Shown here piece by piece: positions 1 through 13,200 of a stretch of DNA of 64,000 nucleotides (its first letter is position 1; each line of letters starts with the position of its first letter). The position numbers and the translations under genes are program-made. The notes under the pieces are model-generated. The model ran no database searches. It had not been told where the DNA came from and saw only the letters and a list, made by a program, of their open reading frames with translations. This DNA is from Monocercomonoides exilis PA203 (Eukaryota; Protista; Preaxostyla), in the NCBI GenBank assembly GCA_001643675.2, contig LSRY02000006.1, forward strand, positions 62,001-126,000, read 5' to 3'.

Positions 1-832
1 CAGTGAGAAAAAAGAATTTATTTTCTTCCAAAGCTTTCGTAAAAAAAGAAAGAAAGAATAGTATTATCCAGTTAAGAAGTTAATAGTTTAATTTATAAAT
101 GTTTGCAAACCTTTTTTAGTCTCTTTTGTGATATTTAGTGCAGAAAATCGATGTTTTGTTGTTGTTATCATCAGAAATTTAAATATGGGTTAAAATTCTA
201 TTTGAAATCATTATCTGTGAATTAAATGTACAAATAATGAATATGCAATCAATTCTTCCCTCGCATTTGAGTGTTAATTTAGCAGACTTGAACAAAAAAA
301 AAAGATAGAACATTTTCCTCTCTGTAATCTGAAAATTTGTGTTTGCTGATGCAGATATCTTCTTAAACATACAAAAATACAATTGTAACTCTTCTATCTT
401 ACTGTTAAAGGAAAAAATAAAAATATATAAAAAGTGATTAAATTGAAAAATATAGAGAATGAGTGATAACTCATCGGACGAACATAAAACTAAAATATAA
501 AAAGACTTTAAACATTAAGTGTGGAAATGTATGAAAATGACATTAAGAACGAAGAATAAAAAATATATATGTTGAAAAGACAGAAAACAAAAAAATAACT
601 GTTTTGAAAACATAGAATAGCAAGAGCAAGAATATCAATTCAATTATTCTAAAAAATAGCTATTAAAAAGTAAGACTACATATATTGTCGAAAATATTCC
701 ATACAAAAAATTAAAAATCAGACATAAATGTGGAAAAGCATTGTCAAATTTCATAAACGCTTCTTTATTTTGAGAAAATAAATGGACAAATTAATCAAAT
801 GATACTTTTATATTCTTGTATCAATGATTTCT

Positions 833-3800
833 TCATTCATTTAGAGTCTTTTTAAACATTTTGTATTCGTTTATCTCAACTGCAGTAATTTCACTCGACT
901 TCAGATATCCAGTCAAGCACCGAGGAACAATAATTCTGTCTTCTCCATTGATCTGCCCTTCGACGCTCCTGTTTCCAGTGCCTGTTGCATCTTGAGTCCT
1001 CTCCAGCTCTGAAGAAGGAACAGACGTCTGCAGCAGCACAGCCAGAATCCTATCTGTTTTTGTCAGATGTTCGTGTGTCCAGCTGCTGATCAGGTCGACA
1101 AGAAGGTTGCTGATGTCTCTTCCGTCTCTTGCCCAGTGCACAAGATTGACCATCTTGAAGCAGAAAAGAAGATGCTCTGAATATTGACACTTGCAGTGCT
1201 CAGGAGAAATATGATACTTTGCCATAATTTCCTCTTCTTTCGATATTGCCAAAAACATCGCCCTCACAAATTGCTTCACAGCATTCAACACTCTCCTATT
1301 CTTCTTTTCTGCTTTTGGTGAACTTGAAGGCGAAAGCTCGATTCTCTCTTCTTCTTCTTCACCTTCACCGTCTGAGACAGAAATCACCTTCTTTGCAGCT
1401 TCACAGACAAGAACGTGAAAGTGATCGAGAACAGGCACGTCGATGCTCCACTGCTCTTTCCACTCCACTTCCTGCTCAGCTTGGTCGTTCTGCGGATTCA
1501 GATCTCCTATTTTGCTGGTGCATGATGCAATTGTGTACAGCGAAGTGCGAAGAGGGCAGAAGCAGAAAACGAAGGCAATGAAAATAAATACGAAATGCAC
1601 TACAAATGCTATTATGGTCAGATATCTGAAGAAGACAATATGTTTGCTCTGTTCCATTGACAGGATTCTCGAGTATTCGTTGATGCCGCCTCTCAAATCA
1701 AACTGCAGCGACGTGGTAACCATCTGCAGGCGCGTGTCGTTGAACAGCAAGTTGCTCGGGTCGCTTTCTGCAGCAAATGACTGCGCATAACTCAGAAAGT
1801 TCGTGATGATGCCGTCCAACCCCGAAAACGGAGGCTTCATCCCGTAGATTCTGTCAGGATCATCACACTCTTTTGCGTCGATGTTCACAAAGCAGTTCTG
1901 ATCCTCCATCAGAAGCTTGCTAATTTCTGAGTCTGGATTGAGTGTGCGGATGGACGAGAGCGAATCAATAAGATCGTCACCTGTCTGCACAATGTCGCTT
2001 TGCACTCCGTTTCCTCCTTCTTTCACTTTCTGGTTCAAAAGCACAAAGAAATTGATTGTTCGGCTGATCAGCTGCTGCAGACACCCCTTCTCGTTCGACA
2101 TGTGCGAAAGATCGCTCCAAAGAGGAGAGTGTGAACGAGAATAGACATAATTCCCAGGCAGCTCAGAAGCTTCTCTATCGACCACGCTCAGCATCAAAGA
2201 GGCAGTCACTGAGAGAAGGACACTTCGATACGACGACAGATACACTGCAGATGTTGTGTCAGAGAGAGACTCAAGAGACACAAAACACACAACATAAAAG
2301 AAAAACAGAGAAAGCAGCACCAAAAGACAGCCACAAATAAACTGCGAAATAAACTTGCATGTCACAACTTGAACTGTTTGACTAAGCTGATATTTGAGTT
2401 CGGCCTCCTTTTCTTCTCTTTCTTCTTCTTTCAGCAAAAATTCCTCGTTGTTGTTCGAATAAACACAAACAGGCTTCGATTTCCCTGTCAACGTTGAAGC
2501 ATTTGCACCATCATTTGGACCTTTTGAACTTATTGCCTTGAAATTCTCGTTCACTTTGTGTAGTTTTGTTTGATATGGCTGAATAGTTTGCAGCTGAGCA
2601 CAAGACTGATAAGCAGGCAGACAGCCAGTCGCAAAGCGAGCATCAGAAGCAGAGCTGCGAAAGGCAGTGGCCATCTGAGCGAATGAGGCAGATGGCGAGA
2701 GTGTTCTGTTTTGAGCTCCAAAGCAGCGGTTTGAAGGGAGATTGCTCATGATGCTTTCAGGAATAGGATAGCAATTCGAGGAATCTGCACTGCCCTTCTC
2801 TTCGTCTGTATCTTCTGTGCCTTCTCCTCCTCCGCCACCACCTTCTCCTTCTTCCTCTTCCTCTTCCTCTTCCTCTTCTTCTTCTTTTCCCTCAAATTCC
2901 TTGGCGCATGCAATGGGATTTGGAGCATGTGATCTGCGGATGGGCTGCTGATTATCTTGGAGCTCAGCTGTTGGTGTGGAAGTGGAGCAGGCAAATGAAG
3001 ATATCAAGCTTGCTGTGGGCGAATGAGAAGATGTGGTGAAAAGAGGCTGAATGGAAGAAGAGCGAGAAATGTTTGCAAATGATGAAGATGCCAGTAGAGA
3101 AGACGAAGAAGACAAAGAAACAGAAGGTGCCAAGAAGTTAAAGCGATCAAGATGAGATTCAGAGCCACATGAAGTGGAGAGAATAGGAGAAGAATTTGGT
3201 GAAATTGCATTGCGCGAATCAGCCTGAACGGCAGACGAAACAAAATGTTGTGCAGATTTGTTGGGAAATGCAGGGCCATCAGTGAAAGACACATTGCAAT
3301 TGCTGTTGTTGGATAGCTGCATGCCATTGAAGTATTGGTGCGATTGACTTTTTGTGTCGATGTTGTGCTTTTCTGACAACATGCTCTGATTCTCACTGCC
3401 ATTCTGTTTGAGTGGAGATGTGTTCAGTGTGTCGTCGCTGACAGTGTTTGGGATGCAAGCACCAACAGATGGACAAGATGACTGAGAAGGAAGCGACTGA
3501 AGCTGATCAGCCACTTTGTGGATTGTTTGCACTTGCTTGTTTGCTGTCTTGTTGCTGTTGCTGTTGCTGTTTCTGGCTGATGATGCGAGTTGAAGCGAAA
3601 CAGGAATGTTTTCTTTATCTTCTGTTTTGTCGTCTTCTCTTCGCTGTGACTCTTCAATTCGTCTGAGCAGCTTTTCCACTTTCTTCTTTGGCGTTGTGAT
3701 GAACAGGAAGAGCATGTCTTCCCTTTCCTTCTTCAGCTTCCGCGTCGACACCACAATTTCAGCGATGAATGCGATGAGAAAGGCGACCGTGGCGATTGAG

Positions 3801-6800
3801 AAGCTGATGATGATGACGACTGTGTAGTGATCGTTCCTCTGCTGGATGCTCAGAATGTCGCTGACTGCCATTTCTGTCATGTGCTCCATCAGCGACACAG
3901 GCACATTCGCCTTCAGATACGTCACCATGTTCAACAGATGTTGCTCTGGTGAATGGTTGCTCATGTATGCAGAAACACCCTCTGAAGCATCATTGAAATG
4001 AAGATATGAGTGAATATCTTCTTTGTTGAGTTCGATGGTATCATTTGGATGAATAAAATCTTCGAATTCAGCAGAATCTAAGCTGTTTGCATGATTTTCA
4101 TTGTTTATGTGTGTTGTGTGTGTTGTGTTGATGAGGACGATGTCATCGCCCCACAGTTGAATGCACTTCAGCATTTCGATTATGTTTGCCTTCTTCCATG
4201 TGATTCTGTGGAGTGTCTCGCCTGTCTGGTGGAAGTAGATTAAGTCAAGTATTTCTCTCTCCAGAAACAGATAATCTGCCTCGTCACTTGCATGCAGATA
4301 CAGCTGGTCCAATGATGTTGCAAGTGTGTCGCGAAAATGCTTCACACTCGCCTGCAACACAGAAAAGGGAGGGATAAACACGACATTCTGCACAGCGCTC
4401 TCATCTGCATTGTGTTTTGCTCCAATTTGAGTGAAATCAGCTCTTTCTGTCTCTTCAAACATGACTCTCTCTTTTGTCAAATCAACATTTTCATCAGAAA
4501 TGGAGTTTGAATCATCCATCTGATAATATCCAACCAGTTCAGTTGAGTTTCTTCCATTCATATCATCCTTCTCTGATTGCTCTGCTTCATTGAGATTATT
4601 CCCATTTCTGCTTCTGCCTCTGCCTCTGCCATTCACTTCGAATGAGTCTGTCCAATAGAGTGCATACAAATACATGTCACATGCTGTGAGCTGGCAGTTG
4701 GCGAGGTTGTAGATCAAAATGTTGTGATTCTCTGTTTTGTGGACGATGCTGAACGAGAAGAAGAACGACGCAAAAGACGAATACAAAATCAGAAAGGCCA
4801 AAATGAAGAGCGTGAATAGATAAATCGGCAGCATCTTCGTCTTCACAAAGGGCGTTGCATTTTTCACAGAAGACGAGTCAGACTCGCCTGAAGCACTCGA
4901 CTTCTGCTGGTTCTGTTTCATCTTGGCAATCCGGTTGAGCCGGTTTTCCTTCGTCTTGTGGTACAAATCTTTCAGAAGCGTCTTCTGTTTCTGTGTGCGG
5001 CGCTTGATTGAATAAGACGTGGCTGCATTTTGGATGCTTAAATAAGAGTTGTAGAACCCAGAAGAGTTGTGCATGTTGTGCTCAATGCTGTTGTACAGTC
5101 TGTTTTTGGAGCCCATAATTGGATTAGATAGAAAAGCAGGGGCAGAAAAAGAAGAAGGAAAAGAAGAAGAGGGAGGGGGAGGGGGGGGAAGAGGAGGGGG
5201 GAGAGAGGGAGAAGGACGAGGACGAGGATGTTGATGAAATGAAGGATTGAAGCGATTGGCTGAATGTGAAGTGACAATTTGAGTGTTTGATGAAGTGGGC
5301 AGAAATGTGTTGTGATCTGTTGTGTTGACAGAAATTGGATGAGAATGGAGTGAAGAAGCAGACATTGTCAAAGGAATGGAAGAAGAGGAAGAAGAAGAAG
5401 AAGAGTTTGATGATGATGAAGATGGTGATGATGATGATGAATTAGCCAAAGGCAAAGGGAATGGAGTGGAAGATGGAGTGATTGAGGGAGAATTCGGAGG
5501 CGACTGGGCAGTTGTGAATGAGCCAGGCGGAAGAAGCACTTGGAAGATGGGCTTGTTCTGTGGAGGGGGCGAAAGAGGAGTAGAATTAGAAGGAGAAGCA
5601 GAGGGAGAAGCAGAGGGAGAAGCAGAGGGAGACGCAGAGGGAGAAGCAGAGGGAGAAGCAGAGGGAGACGCAGAGGGAGAAGCAGAGGGAGAAATGGGTG
5701 GAGAAAAGGGAGGAGAAAGAGGATGTGTTGGTGAAGGTGAGAAGAGGCTGAGGTAATTTGGGGTAGTTTCGTAGAAGTTGTACATTCCGTCGTTGGCAGC
5801 GCTGTGTGCCTTCAGCCGTTCCACCTCGTCTGCCTCTTCTTCTTCGATCTCAGATGCAATCTGGTTCAGCTTCCGCGCCAACTCGTCGTCCCTCTCCACG
5901 TCCTGCATGTGCATCCCAAACGCCCTCAGAACCTGCGCAGATTTCGGATACTCTTTCAGCAGCTGCAGAAACTTCCTGTTCGCTTTGGCGTCTGCCTTCA
6001 CTGCGCAGTTGACAAGGTGGATGACCTTCTTCGTGTCGATGTTCTCCTTCAGCATGTGCAGCCACAGCTGAGACAGATAAGACTGTGCCTGTTCTGAATA
6101 TGCCTGTGCTCGCATCACTCCAAAACGCGCCTCCATCTCGTTCTTGAACACAAGCGACGTCAGCATGTTCTCCTCATTCATTTCATCATCATCGTATTCT
6201 TCTTCCTCCTCCTCCTCCTCTTCTTCTTCTTCTTCTTCAAGTTCTAGTTCTAGTTCTAGTTCTTTTGTTGTTGCCATTGAAGTTGGTTGAGCAGTCGCCC
6301 CAAGTGCCTGCACGTCCCACTTCCTCTGCCTCGTCCTTGTTCCATTGCTTCTCGCTCTTCTCTTCTGTCTGTTTCCTCTTGTTCGCCAGTACTTCACACA
6401 CTCTCCCTCCATCTCCCGCATAATCACATACGCCACCCACTTCTCGCTGACTGAAGGCGAGCACTGCTTCGCTATCCTCAGGCATTCCAACATCTTCCCC
6501 TCGTTCTTCGTGTAGAAGTGGTGGAAAATGGCACTCGTCGTCCACAGCGCAGATGAGTCTTTGAACTTCTTCGTCGCATTCGACAGCACAGACGACGCAA
6601 ACAGCAGACAGTCAGCACGCTTTCTGAGTGGCGTGTCGTAAATGAATGAGATGTAGCGCTGTGCCTGAAAAGCAGACGATAGCTTTGGGAGGACACGAGG
6701 TGTGGAAGTGTATCTGCGGGCGGAGCAGCAGCATGAATGAGATGGCGATAAAGATGAAAACGATGATGAAGAAGAAGAGGAAGAGGAAGAAGAAGAAGAA

Positions 6801-8402
6801 GATGATGATGATGATGATGATGATTGAGCTATTTTAAGGTTGCTACTTGAAAGATGAGAAGAAGAATATAAAGAAGGAGAGGCAAATCCCACAGAAATGA
6901 TGGAAGACGATGAATGCAGCAACGCTTCTTGTGATGAACAAGAAGGCATGGAGGATATAAAAGCAGAAGAAGAAGTATTTTCTCTCGTTGCCTGTGAGGA
7001 AGACATTTGCGAATGTGTCTGTTGTGGATGAATTGCAGCTCGAGAAAGTTCAAATTTTCTCTTTTCCTTTTTGGCCTCCTTCGTCTTTGCTGTCTCTGCC
7101 CCCATCGAATACTCATCTTCTCTCGAACGCGCCTTCTTTGCAGCAAAAACAGGAACGAGGTCACCTTCGTTCATCGCCCAGAGTCGCCTTCCGCGCACTT
7201 TCATGATCTCCCCTGCCGCCAACGCAAACACAGCACACATCGCTGGGATGGCTGCGACGAGGGAGATGCTCAAGACAGGTCCAGCAGAGTGGCTGGTTGT
7301 AGTCTTCCGAATGATGATGAAGATGTAAAAGGGAAGACGGGCACTCACAGCAGCTGCGGCAAGACAGTTCCCTCTGTTCAGATTGTACGGCTGGAAGATA
7401 AACACAACTGCCATCAGAAATATGCACATACCGAAGACGATGCAGGTAACAATGATGGAATGGTTGGGTATCACAACAACAAGCACACACATAACAATCG
7501 CACAGAAAGTGTTCAGCATTTGGTACCACCCGCTCTGCATTGAAAATGTGTTGTCTTTTCGGTGATGAGGATTGACGTTGAACATAAATCCTCGCATTGT
7601 AATGGATAGAACAACGTGCAACAATAAAAATATTAAAGAAATGATTATAAATGGGAGATGATCCGATCTCGAACAGAAGTCAGGAAGAGGACTTAACTCG
7701 CTTCCAACTTTGCGAAAGCACGTTATGCTTCCCAAAAATATGTTCAAAATAGGTATAAATAAACAAGTTGTCGTTAGTTGAATTAGTAAAGCCGCAAATT
7801 TCATCATGATGTCTGGAACAGAATCCGTCGTTGTTCGTAAAAATGCAGCAAAAAATCCAAATCCCCATACGAAAACGAAAAAAATAACCGCAACGATGCA
7901 AGAAGGATAATAATAATTACTACATAGCCAACTAAATGTGCCATTAATTATTCTGAAAAAGATAAGAAACAAAAAGTTAATATGAATAAAACAACCAATA
8001 AAAATATAAAAATACTCGAAATAACTGATTCCATTTTCGGTAAGGTATGTTAGCCCTAAATACGATACTAATTTTTCATAGATGCTCATCCATTGAAGCA
8101 TCTCTATCACAAAAAGCAAAATTGAGTATTTCCATTTGTATCTTGCTGCCTAAAAAATTTGTGTGCATAAAATCAATTAACTAAATTAAATAAATGCTTT
8201 AAAATACATTTTGCAATTGATAAAATATCGAAAAAACACTATAAATATTTACAACAATGTGTAAATCAAAAAATATGAGGAAAAAAATAATAAACCCATC
8301 GAAGCCTCTGCCTGCTGATCTTAAAGCCAATGACTCCATTGCAGCTCTTTCAATTCCATTATTCAAGTCATTGGATTGCTTGTTTTCAGCTTTGTCTTTC
8401 AT
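833..8402 (-). CDS. TmcB/TmcC-like polytopic membrane protein with C-terminal hemerythrin-like domain (~2480 aa)
   Basis: 2428-aa ORF extended 5' to ATG 8402 through a phase-0 GT-AG intron 8150-8207 (frame-compatible), plus a probable in-frame 57-nt intron 8239-8295. N-terminal cluster of hydrophobic TM segments; TmcB-type helical motif KFLQLLKEYPKSAQVLRAFGMHMQDVERD; further paired TM segments; C-terminal W..QWSIDVPVLDHFH...EEEIM...SEH...WTHEHLTKTD hemerythrin pattern. Confidence 0.75.
5592..5693. repeat. 12-bp coding tandem repeat (GGAGAAGCAGAG)n encoding (SPSA)n on the minus strand
   Basis: About 8 near-perfect units read directly from the sequence. Confidence 0.9.
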
Positions 8403-8615
8403 TATTCAAAAATTGTCATCCGTTAATTTATAAAATGATCAAAGCAAAGTGTAAATTTTTTTTCTTTCTTTTTTGTTTAGCGTTAACAGTTACAAAATTC
8501 ATTTTATAATTTTCTTGAATAGAAATTCAATAATCAAAAAAAAAGTTATATTGATATAAGATCAAATTTTATTAGTATCTTTTTGCCTTTAGTAGAAATT
8601 TTATTAAAATGAATT
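8403..8615. promoter_or_regulatory. Probable bidirectional promoter/5'UTR region
   Basis: Only 213 AT-rich bp separate two divergent start codons (8402 on minus, 8616 on plus). Confidence 0.5.
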
Positions 8616-11135
8616 ATGAATGAATCCATAGAAAATTTAAGTTTATGGCAGAATTATTCCACTTCTTTTTCAAACTTGCAACAACAATCAACATCTTCTT
8701 CTGATTTTTCTGGAAATCTATCAAGCTCGCATAACTTTTCAATTTTACAAAGTCACAATTTAAGTTGTGAGCCTGCTTCCAAGCTTAGCCCTCAGGCAAA
8801 GCACTTATCTCAAACACTTTATGACAATCTTTCGGGAATAAAGAACATAAATTCTTTAAGCAAGTGCCAAGATGTTGAGGTTCTACCGTCTATTTCTTCT
8901 TCTTTACCCTTTAAAGTTTCTGGACAGTCTGATATTGAACAACCATCGGAGAAACGTTTCGAAAATTTTCATGAACCGAATAGTATTTTTGTTCCTTCAA
9001 ACAATAATTCCAGGTTAAACATACAAAATGATATCACAGCAAAAAATGAAACTTATGCAAATTATGAGAGGCTTATGAAAGATATTACGTTTGATCAATT
9101 TCATTTTCCTTTTCTTTTGAAAGATTGCCCTCAACATGGAGATCTTACTCCTCATGAAGTTAATTTCGAAATTGGGCAACTGTATTTATTACAGAGAAAA
9201 TGGAAAAAAATGGACTCTGATCGAGAATTAGAACATAACGAAACGATTAAGCGAATTCAAAGAAATGTTAGCACAGATGCTGAGGGAAATGATCAATATA
9301 TCTCTCAAAAAATGCCTGACGAAGATGGAGATTCTTCAGAGACACGTTATAATTCATCTGCATTTTCTTCTTGTGATTCTGAGTCAATTTCGTCGTTATC
9401 TTCTCTTGAAGAGCACCTTGAAGAAGGACTTATTAGATGGAAGCCAATGTCTCGAAAGCCAGAAAACATTTGCCCAGATGTGGATGCATACATTGGTGGA
9501 GAAAAAGTATCTCGAATGAGCGAATGGAAGCGAAAGGAGCTGATGAGCATATGGAAAGAGGAGGATAGGGAATTGGCCGCATCTGATGCAGTTAACTCGG
9601 CTTTGCTTTCGCAGAATATTCAAAGCATGAGAATTGATGATGATAAAGCGAAAGAAGAAAGGTCAAACAATAGCAAAGATGTAAAAGGTGAAGGAAAAAA
9701 AGATGAATCAAAGGAAGTTGAAGATATTCAAAGGAGTGGAGAAAAAGAGCCCAAAGGGTGCGAAGGAAAACTCTTGCAAACAGCAAGAATTTGTTCTGAT
9801 GCAACGATTGAAGAGAAAAGGAGGAAAGTGGTGAAGAAGCAGATAAAAGAGGCAAAGATGTTTTGGAAGGTCTTTGGCGTGTGGCTGAACAAGAGCTGGA
9901 CAGTGCGCGAGTGGGAAAGGGAGATGTGGGCAGCAGCTGAGGCGCGTACGAAAGGCAAGCATTTGGAAGGAGGAAAGGCAGGTGATGAAGAGAGCGCTAA
10001 AAGAAGGACACTGGAAGAGATGAAAGAAGAGCTGAAGAAAGAGCAGCAGATGTTGAAAGAGGTGCAAAATGTGGCTGGAAGAGCAGAAGAAGCCAGATGG
10101 AGAGAAGAGAGGGTTTTGCATTTGCAGGAAAAGATCGCCAGGAAAGATGAGAAGAACAGCAACAGGCTGAGATGGAAGGAGATGACGTCGCTGGAAAGAT
10201 TTCGGGAAAAGAAGCGAGAGGAAAAGATTTGGAGAGAAAGAGAAACGAACTTACCGAAAAAGGCCTCCAATGAACAAGAGAAGTCTGATATGTTTGGCAA
10301 GACGCCTGTAATTATTGAGAAGACGAAGAAGTTTGAGAAGTTTATGAGATCAGAACTTTTAACACAAAACGGAAAACTTTCAGAAGTTGAATGTGTTTTG
10401 TCTTCAGCTACGAATGAGCTGTATTCAAATATGAATTGTGCATCATTGCCTTCTACTGACTTTTATATGCAGTCTTCTAATTCTATTGCTTCTTCACCTT
10501 CTCGTTTGCAAATCAAGCTTCAGCCAACTGCTTATCAAGAGTCTTCATCAAACTTGCTTTCTTCATCTTCGCTTTTGAATCATTCATCTCGTTCTTCTCC
10601 TCATTTCGTACCGCAAACAACTAATCGCAATGCATTTACTAGTTTTCATAATCCAACAGGATATCAAAATAAATTTAGAATTTTCTCTCCTGTAAACTCT
10701 TCATCACATCTATCAAGCCCATCTTCTGTGTCTGCTTCATCTGCAAGTTCAGATCAGCTATTGTTTCATTCTCCTCAATCTGCAGTTGGTTCGTCAACAT
10801 CGTTGAATGTCCCTCTCCAGTCACTCCATTTGGATGTTCAGAGTATTCTGAGGGATACCATTTTGGACCCGTTTGAGGTTCTTCCACGATTCATTGACAA
10901 AACTGTGCCTTCGAGGAAAATCAAGCGGAGGAGGCAGCAAAACAGAGACGTGTCAGATATATTGCAGTCTGTTTGGGAGCCTTTTGAGGAATCCAGAATG
11001 CTGCCCCATCTTACAGTGCCTTTTAAGTTATTCCGTCGTTTGGGCAAGCCTGTTGAACCAAAGAGAAATCATTCTTCTATTAATATATCGTCTTACATTT
11101 CTTCATCAACATATTCTTGTAGGTCTTATGATTAG
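8616..11135 (+). CDS. Hypothetical protein, 839 aa, Ser-rich ends with a charged coiled-coil centre
   Basis: Long uninterrupted ATG-TAG ORF, GC-richer than its flanks; no domain recognised. Confidence 0.75.
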   Translation: MNESIENLSLWQNYSTSFSNLQQQSTSSSDFSGNLSSSHNFSILQSHNLSCEPASKLSPQAKHLSQTLYDNLSGIKNINSLSKCQDVEVLPSISSSLPFKVSGQSDIEQPSEKRFENFHEPNSIFVPSNNNSRLNIQNDITAKNETYANYERLMKDITFDQFHFPFLLKDCPQHGDLTPHEVNFEIGQLYLLQRKWKKMDSDRELEHNETIKRIQRNVSTDAEGNDQYISQKMPDEDGDSSETRYNSSAFSSCDSESISSLSSLEEHLEEGLIRWKPMSRKPENICPDVDAYIGGEKVSRMSEWKRKELMSIWKEEDRELAASDAVNSALLSQNIQSMRIDDDKAKEERSNNSKDVKGEGKKDESKEVEDIQRSGEKEPKGCEGKLLQTARICSDATIEEKRRKVVKKQIKEAKMFWKVFGVWLNKSWTVREWEREMWAAAEARTKGKHLEGGKAGDEESAKRRTLEEMKEELKKEQQMLKEVQNVAGRAEEARWREERVLHLQEKIARKDEKNSNRLRWKEMTSLERFREKKREEKIWRERETNLPKKASNEQEKSDMFGKTPVIIEKTKKFEKFMRSELLTQNGKLSEVECVLSSATNELYSNMNCASLPSTDFYMQSSNSIASSPSRLQIKLQPTAYQESSSNLLSSSSLLNHSSRSSPHFVPQTTNRNAFTSFHNPTGYQNKFRIFSPVNSSSHLSSPSSVSASSASSDQLLFHSPQSAVGSSTSLNVPLQSLHLDVQSILRDTILDPFEVLPRFIDKTVPSRKIKRRRQQNRDVSDILQSVWEPFEESRMLPHLTVPFKLFRRLGKPVEPKRNHSSINISSYISSSTYSCRSYD

Positions 11136-11620
11136 TAGAATCGCTCAGATCAAACAGACTCATATTCGTATTTCGAAATCTTTCGTTCAGCAACCAATTT
11201 GTAATTCTTTCTTCTATTTTTTTTTTTTTTTGAGCTTTCTTTTTATCAAATAAAACAATAGCATCATATTTAATATGAGTTAGGCATCAAGAATTTTTCA
11301 TCTCAAATATGAAAATTATTATATTGTGCAAGTCATTCCAAAATTGATTCGAGTTCTCTTTTGTTGTTTAGCACCAGAAATTGGTGAAGTGAGTAATTAT
11401 CAACTCGTTGGTTGATCATTAAAGAGGCATTAAAATATTCTAATTGTCTAAAATTTTTTTGAGAAATTCAAAGAGACATTCAGAGGAATATGGAAATAAA
11501 GTTCATGAAATAGCTCAACAATTCGAGCACACTAAATTATGTGATGAAATGATAATTTCCTGCTCCAACTTGACGATTGAAGATCGTCTCAATGAAAACA
11601 TTACGATTAATTCTTCCCGC

Positions 11621-13200
11621 TCAGATTGTAATCTTCTTCACGATCTCAATCACATCCTCGTCATCCACAACATGCGACAGCCCCACACGCTGCGGTGAGT
11701 ACTTCACACTTGTTCCCCAGACAATTGCAAAGCGCACAATGTCTGGCAGCGATTTGTGGATCTTCTTGCACACCTCCTGAACACTCGATCCCCGTTTCAC
11801 AACCAGCGGGTCTCCAAAGTCGGGTGCGATGGAGTGTGTTTTCGTGTATATGCGGCTCAGATCGAGTTCTCGCCAGAGCTCCTCCAGCAGCACATCCATG
11901 TTGAGGTTGTATTCACAGGAGATCACAACTGAATGCGGCCGGCGGGCAATTGCATCGATTTCCTCCATCGAAACCTGGTCGATTTTGTTGTAGACATACA
12001 AACACGGCACATACACACGTGCAGAAGGGTTCCGCGACATCTCAATCACATCAATCAGATCGTCGGCTGTGCAATCTTCGTGGAAGAGAATCTCAGCATG
12101 GAAGATGTGGTAGTCGTGCAGCAGCTGCTTAATGAACCGCTCGTCCAGATGCGTCAGAGGCACAGTTGATGTAAATGACACGCCACCGGAGCTCTTAGCT
12201 TTAAAAGATACGTGTGGAGGCTTGCGGTTTATGCGAATTCCTTTGTGAAAAATAAATGAATTGTGCAATGAAGTTTTAAAAAACAAAGTATTTGCATTAA
12301 TAAATGAGAAATATTTATACCCATTGTTTCTAATTCTTCAGTAAGCAATTTGCTTTGATTGGGATGCCCTGCTGCATCAAGCACCATCATAATGCAATCT
12401 GCAGTTCTCGCTGTTGCGATAACTTGCTTTCCTCTCCCTTTTCCCGCAGAAGCTCCCTTTAAGTTAGTTTTTTTTATAATAAAAAAAGCATAAATGCAAT
12501 GATGGGGAAAAGTGCAATCGTAAAGTCAAAAAGATGATGATAAATTTTTCAATGAAAAAGAAACTTAGGTCATCTCATGCCGTTATAATTCCAGGAAGAT
12601 CAAGAATTTGAACTCTTGCTCCTTTCAGCTCAAGAACCCCAGGAACACAAGTCAGTGTTGTAAATTCATAAGATGCTATACATGACTTTGCATCAGTGAG
12701 ATGATTTAATAATGAAGATTTTCCAACAGAAGGAAAACCAACAAGAGCCTAATATGTTTACAATAAATATTTAATGCTGAAGAATAAATTATAAAATAAT
12801 AAGTGTACCACTCGTGCATCTCCTGTTTTCCCAACTTCAAATGCGGCTATTGATCCACCACTACCTTACAATAAAGTTGAATCAGGGCAAATTCATAACC
12901 ATATTTAACGCATACTTTTCGTCTGAAATTCCAAAAGTTGTGCTCTGTATCGCGCTAATTTTCCTTTTAGCAAACCGATGTGATATTCTGTTCGTTTATT
13001 TTTTTGTGTTCTGTTTTTAAAAAAAAAATTTTTTTTTGAACAAGCATGAAAAAAACAAAATGAAAACCTTGAAAGTTCAAGTTCAATATCTTTAATTTTA
13101 GCTGTTAACTACAAAGTACATAATATAAAAAAGCATAGTTTTAATATTTAACATGTGCATAAACACAATGAAGCTAAATATAAGATATCAATACCGACAT
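11621..13200 (-). CDS. DRG2: Developmentally regulated GTP-binding protein 2 (DRG2/Rbg2, OBG family), 373 aa, 7 exons
   Basis: Exons 13200-13195, 13108-13068, 13010-12916, 12864-12809, 12748-12581, 12456-12321 and 12240-11621 join in frame (1122 nt). Motifs [33 protein letters not shown] (G1), [32 protein letters not shown] (G4), and TGS domain [24 protein letters not shown]...[12 protein letters not shown] matches the DRG2 subtype. Confidence 0.95.

Noticed and set aside
1-832. ORF 179-382 and other short Phe/Ile/Lys-rich ORFs in AT-rich spacers (also 13299-14511, 26484-27060, 29351-29935, 57643-58503)
   Set aside because: Composition reflects AT-rich non-coding DNA; no motifs or splice-compatible partners were found.
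12457-12580. Possible intronic snoRNA in the long GC-AG intron
   Set aside because: No box C/D pair with a terminal stem, and no H/ACA structure, on the transcribed strand.
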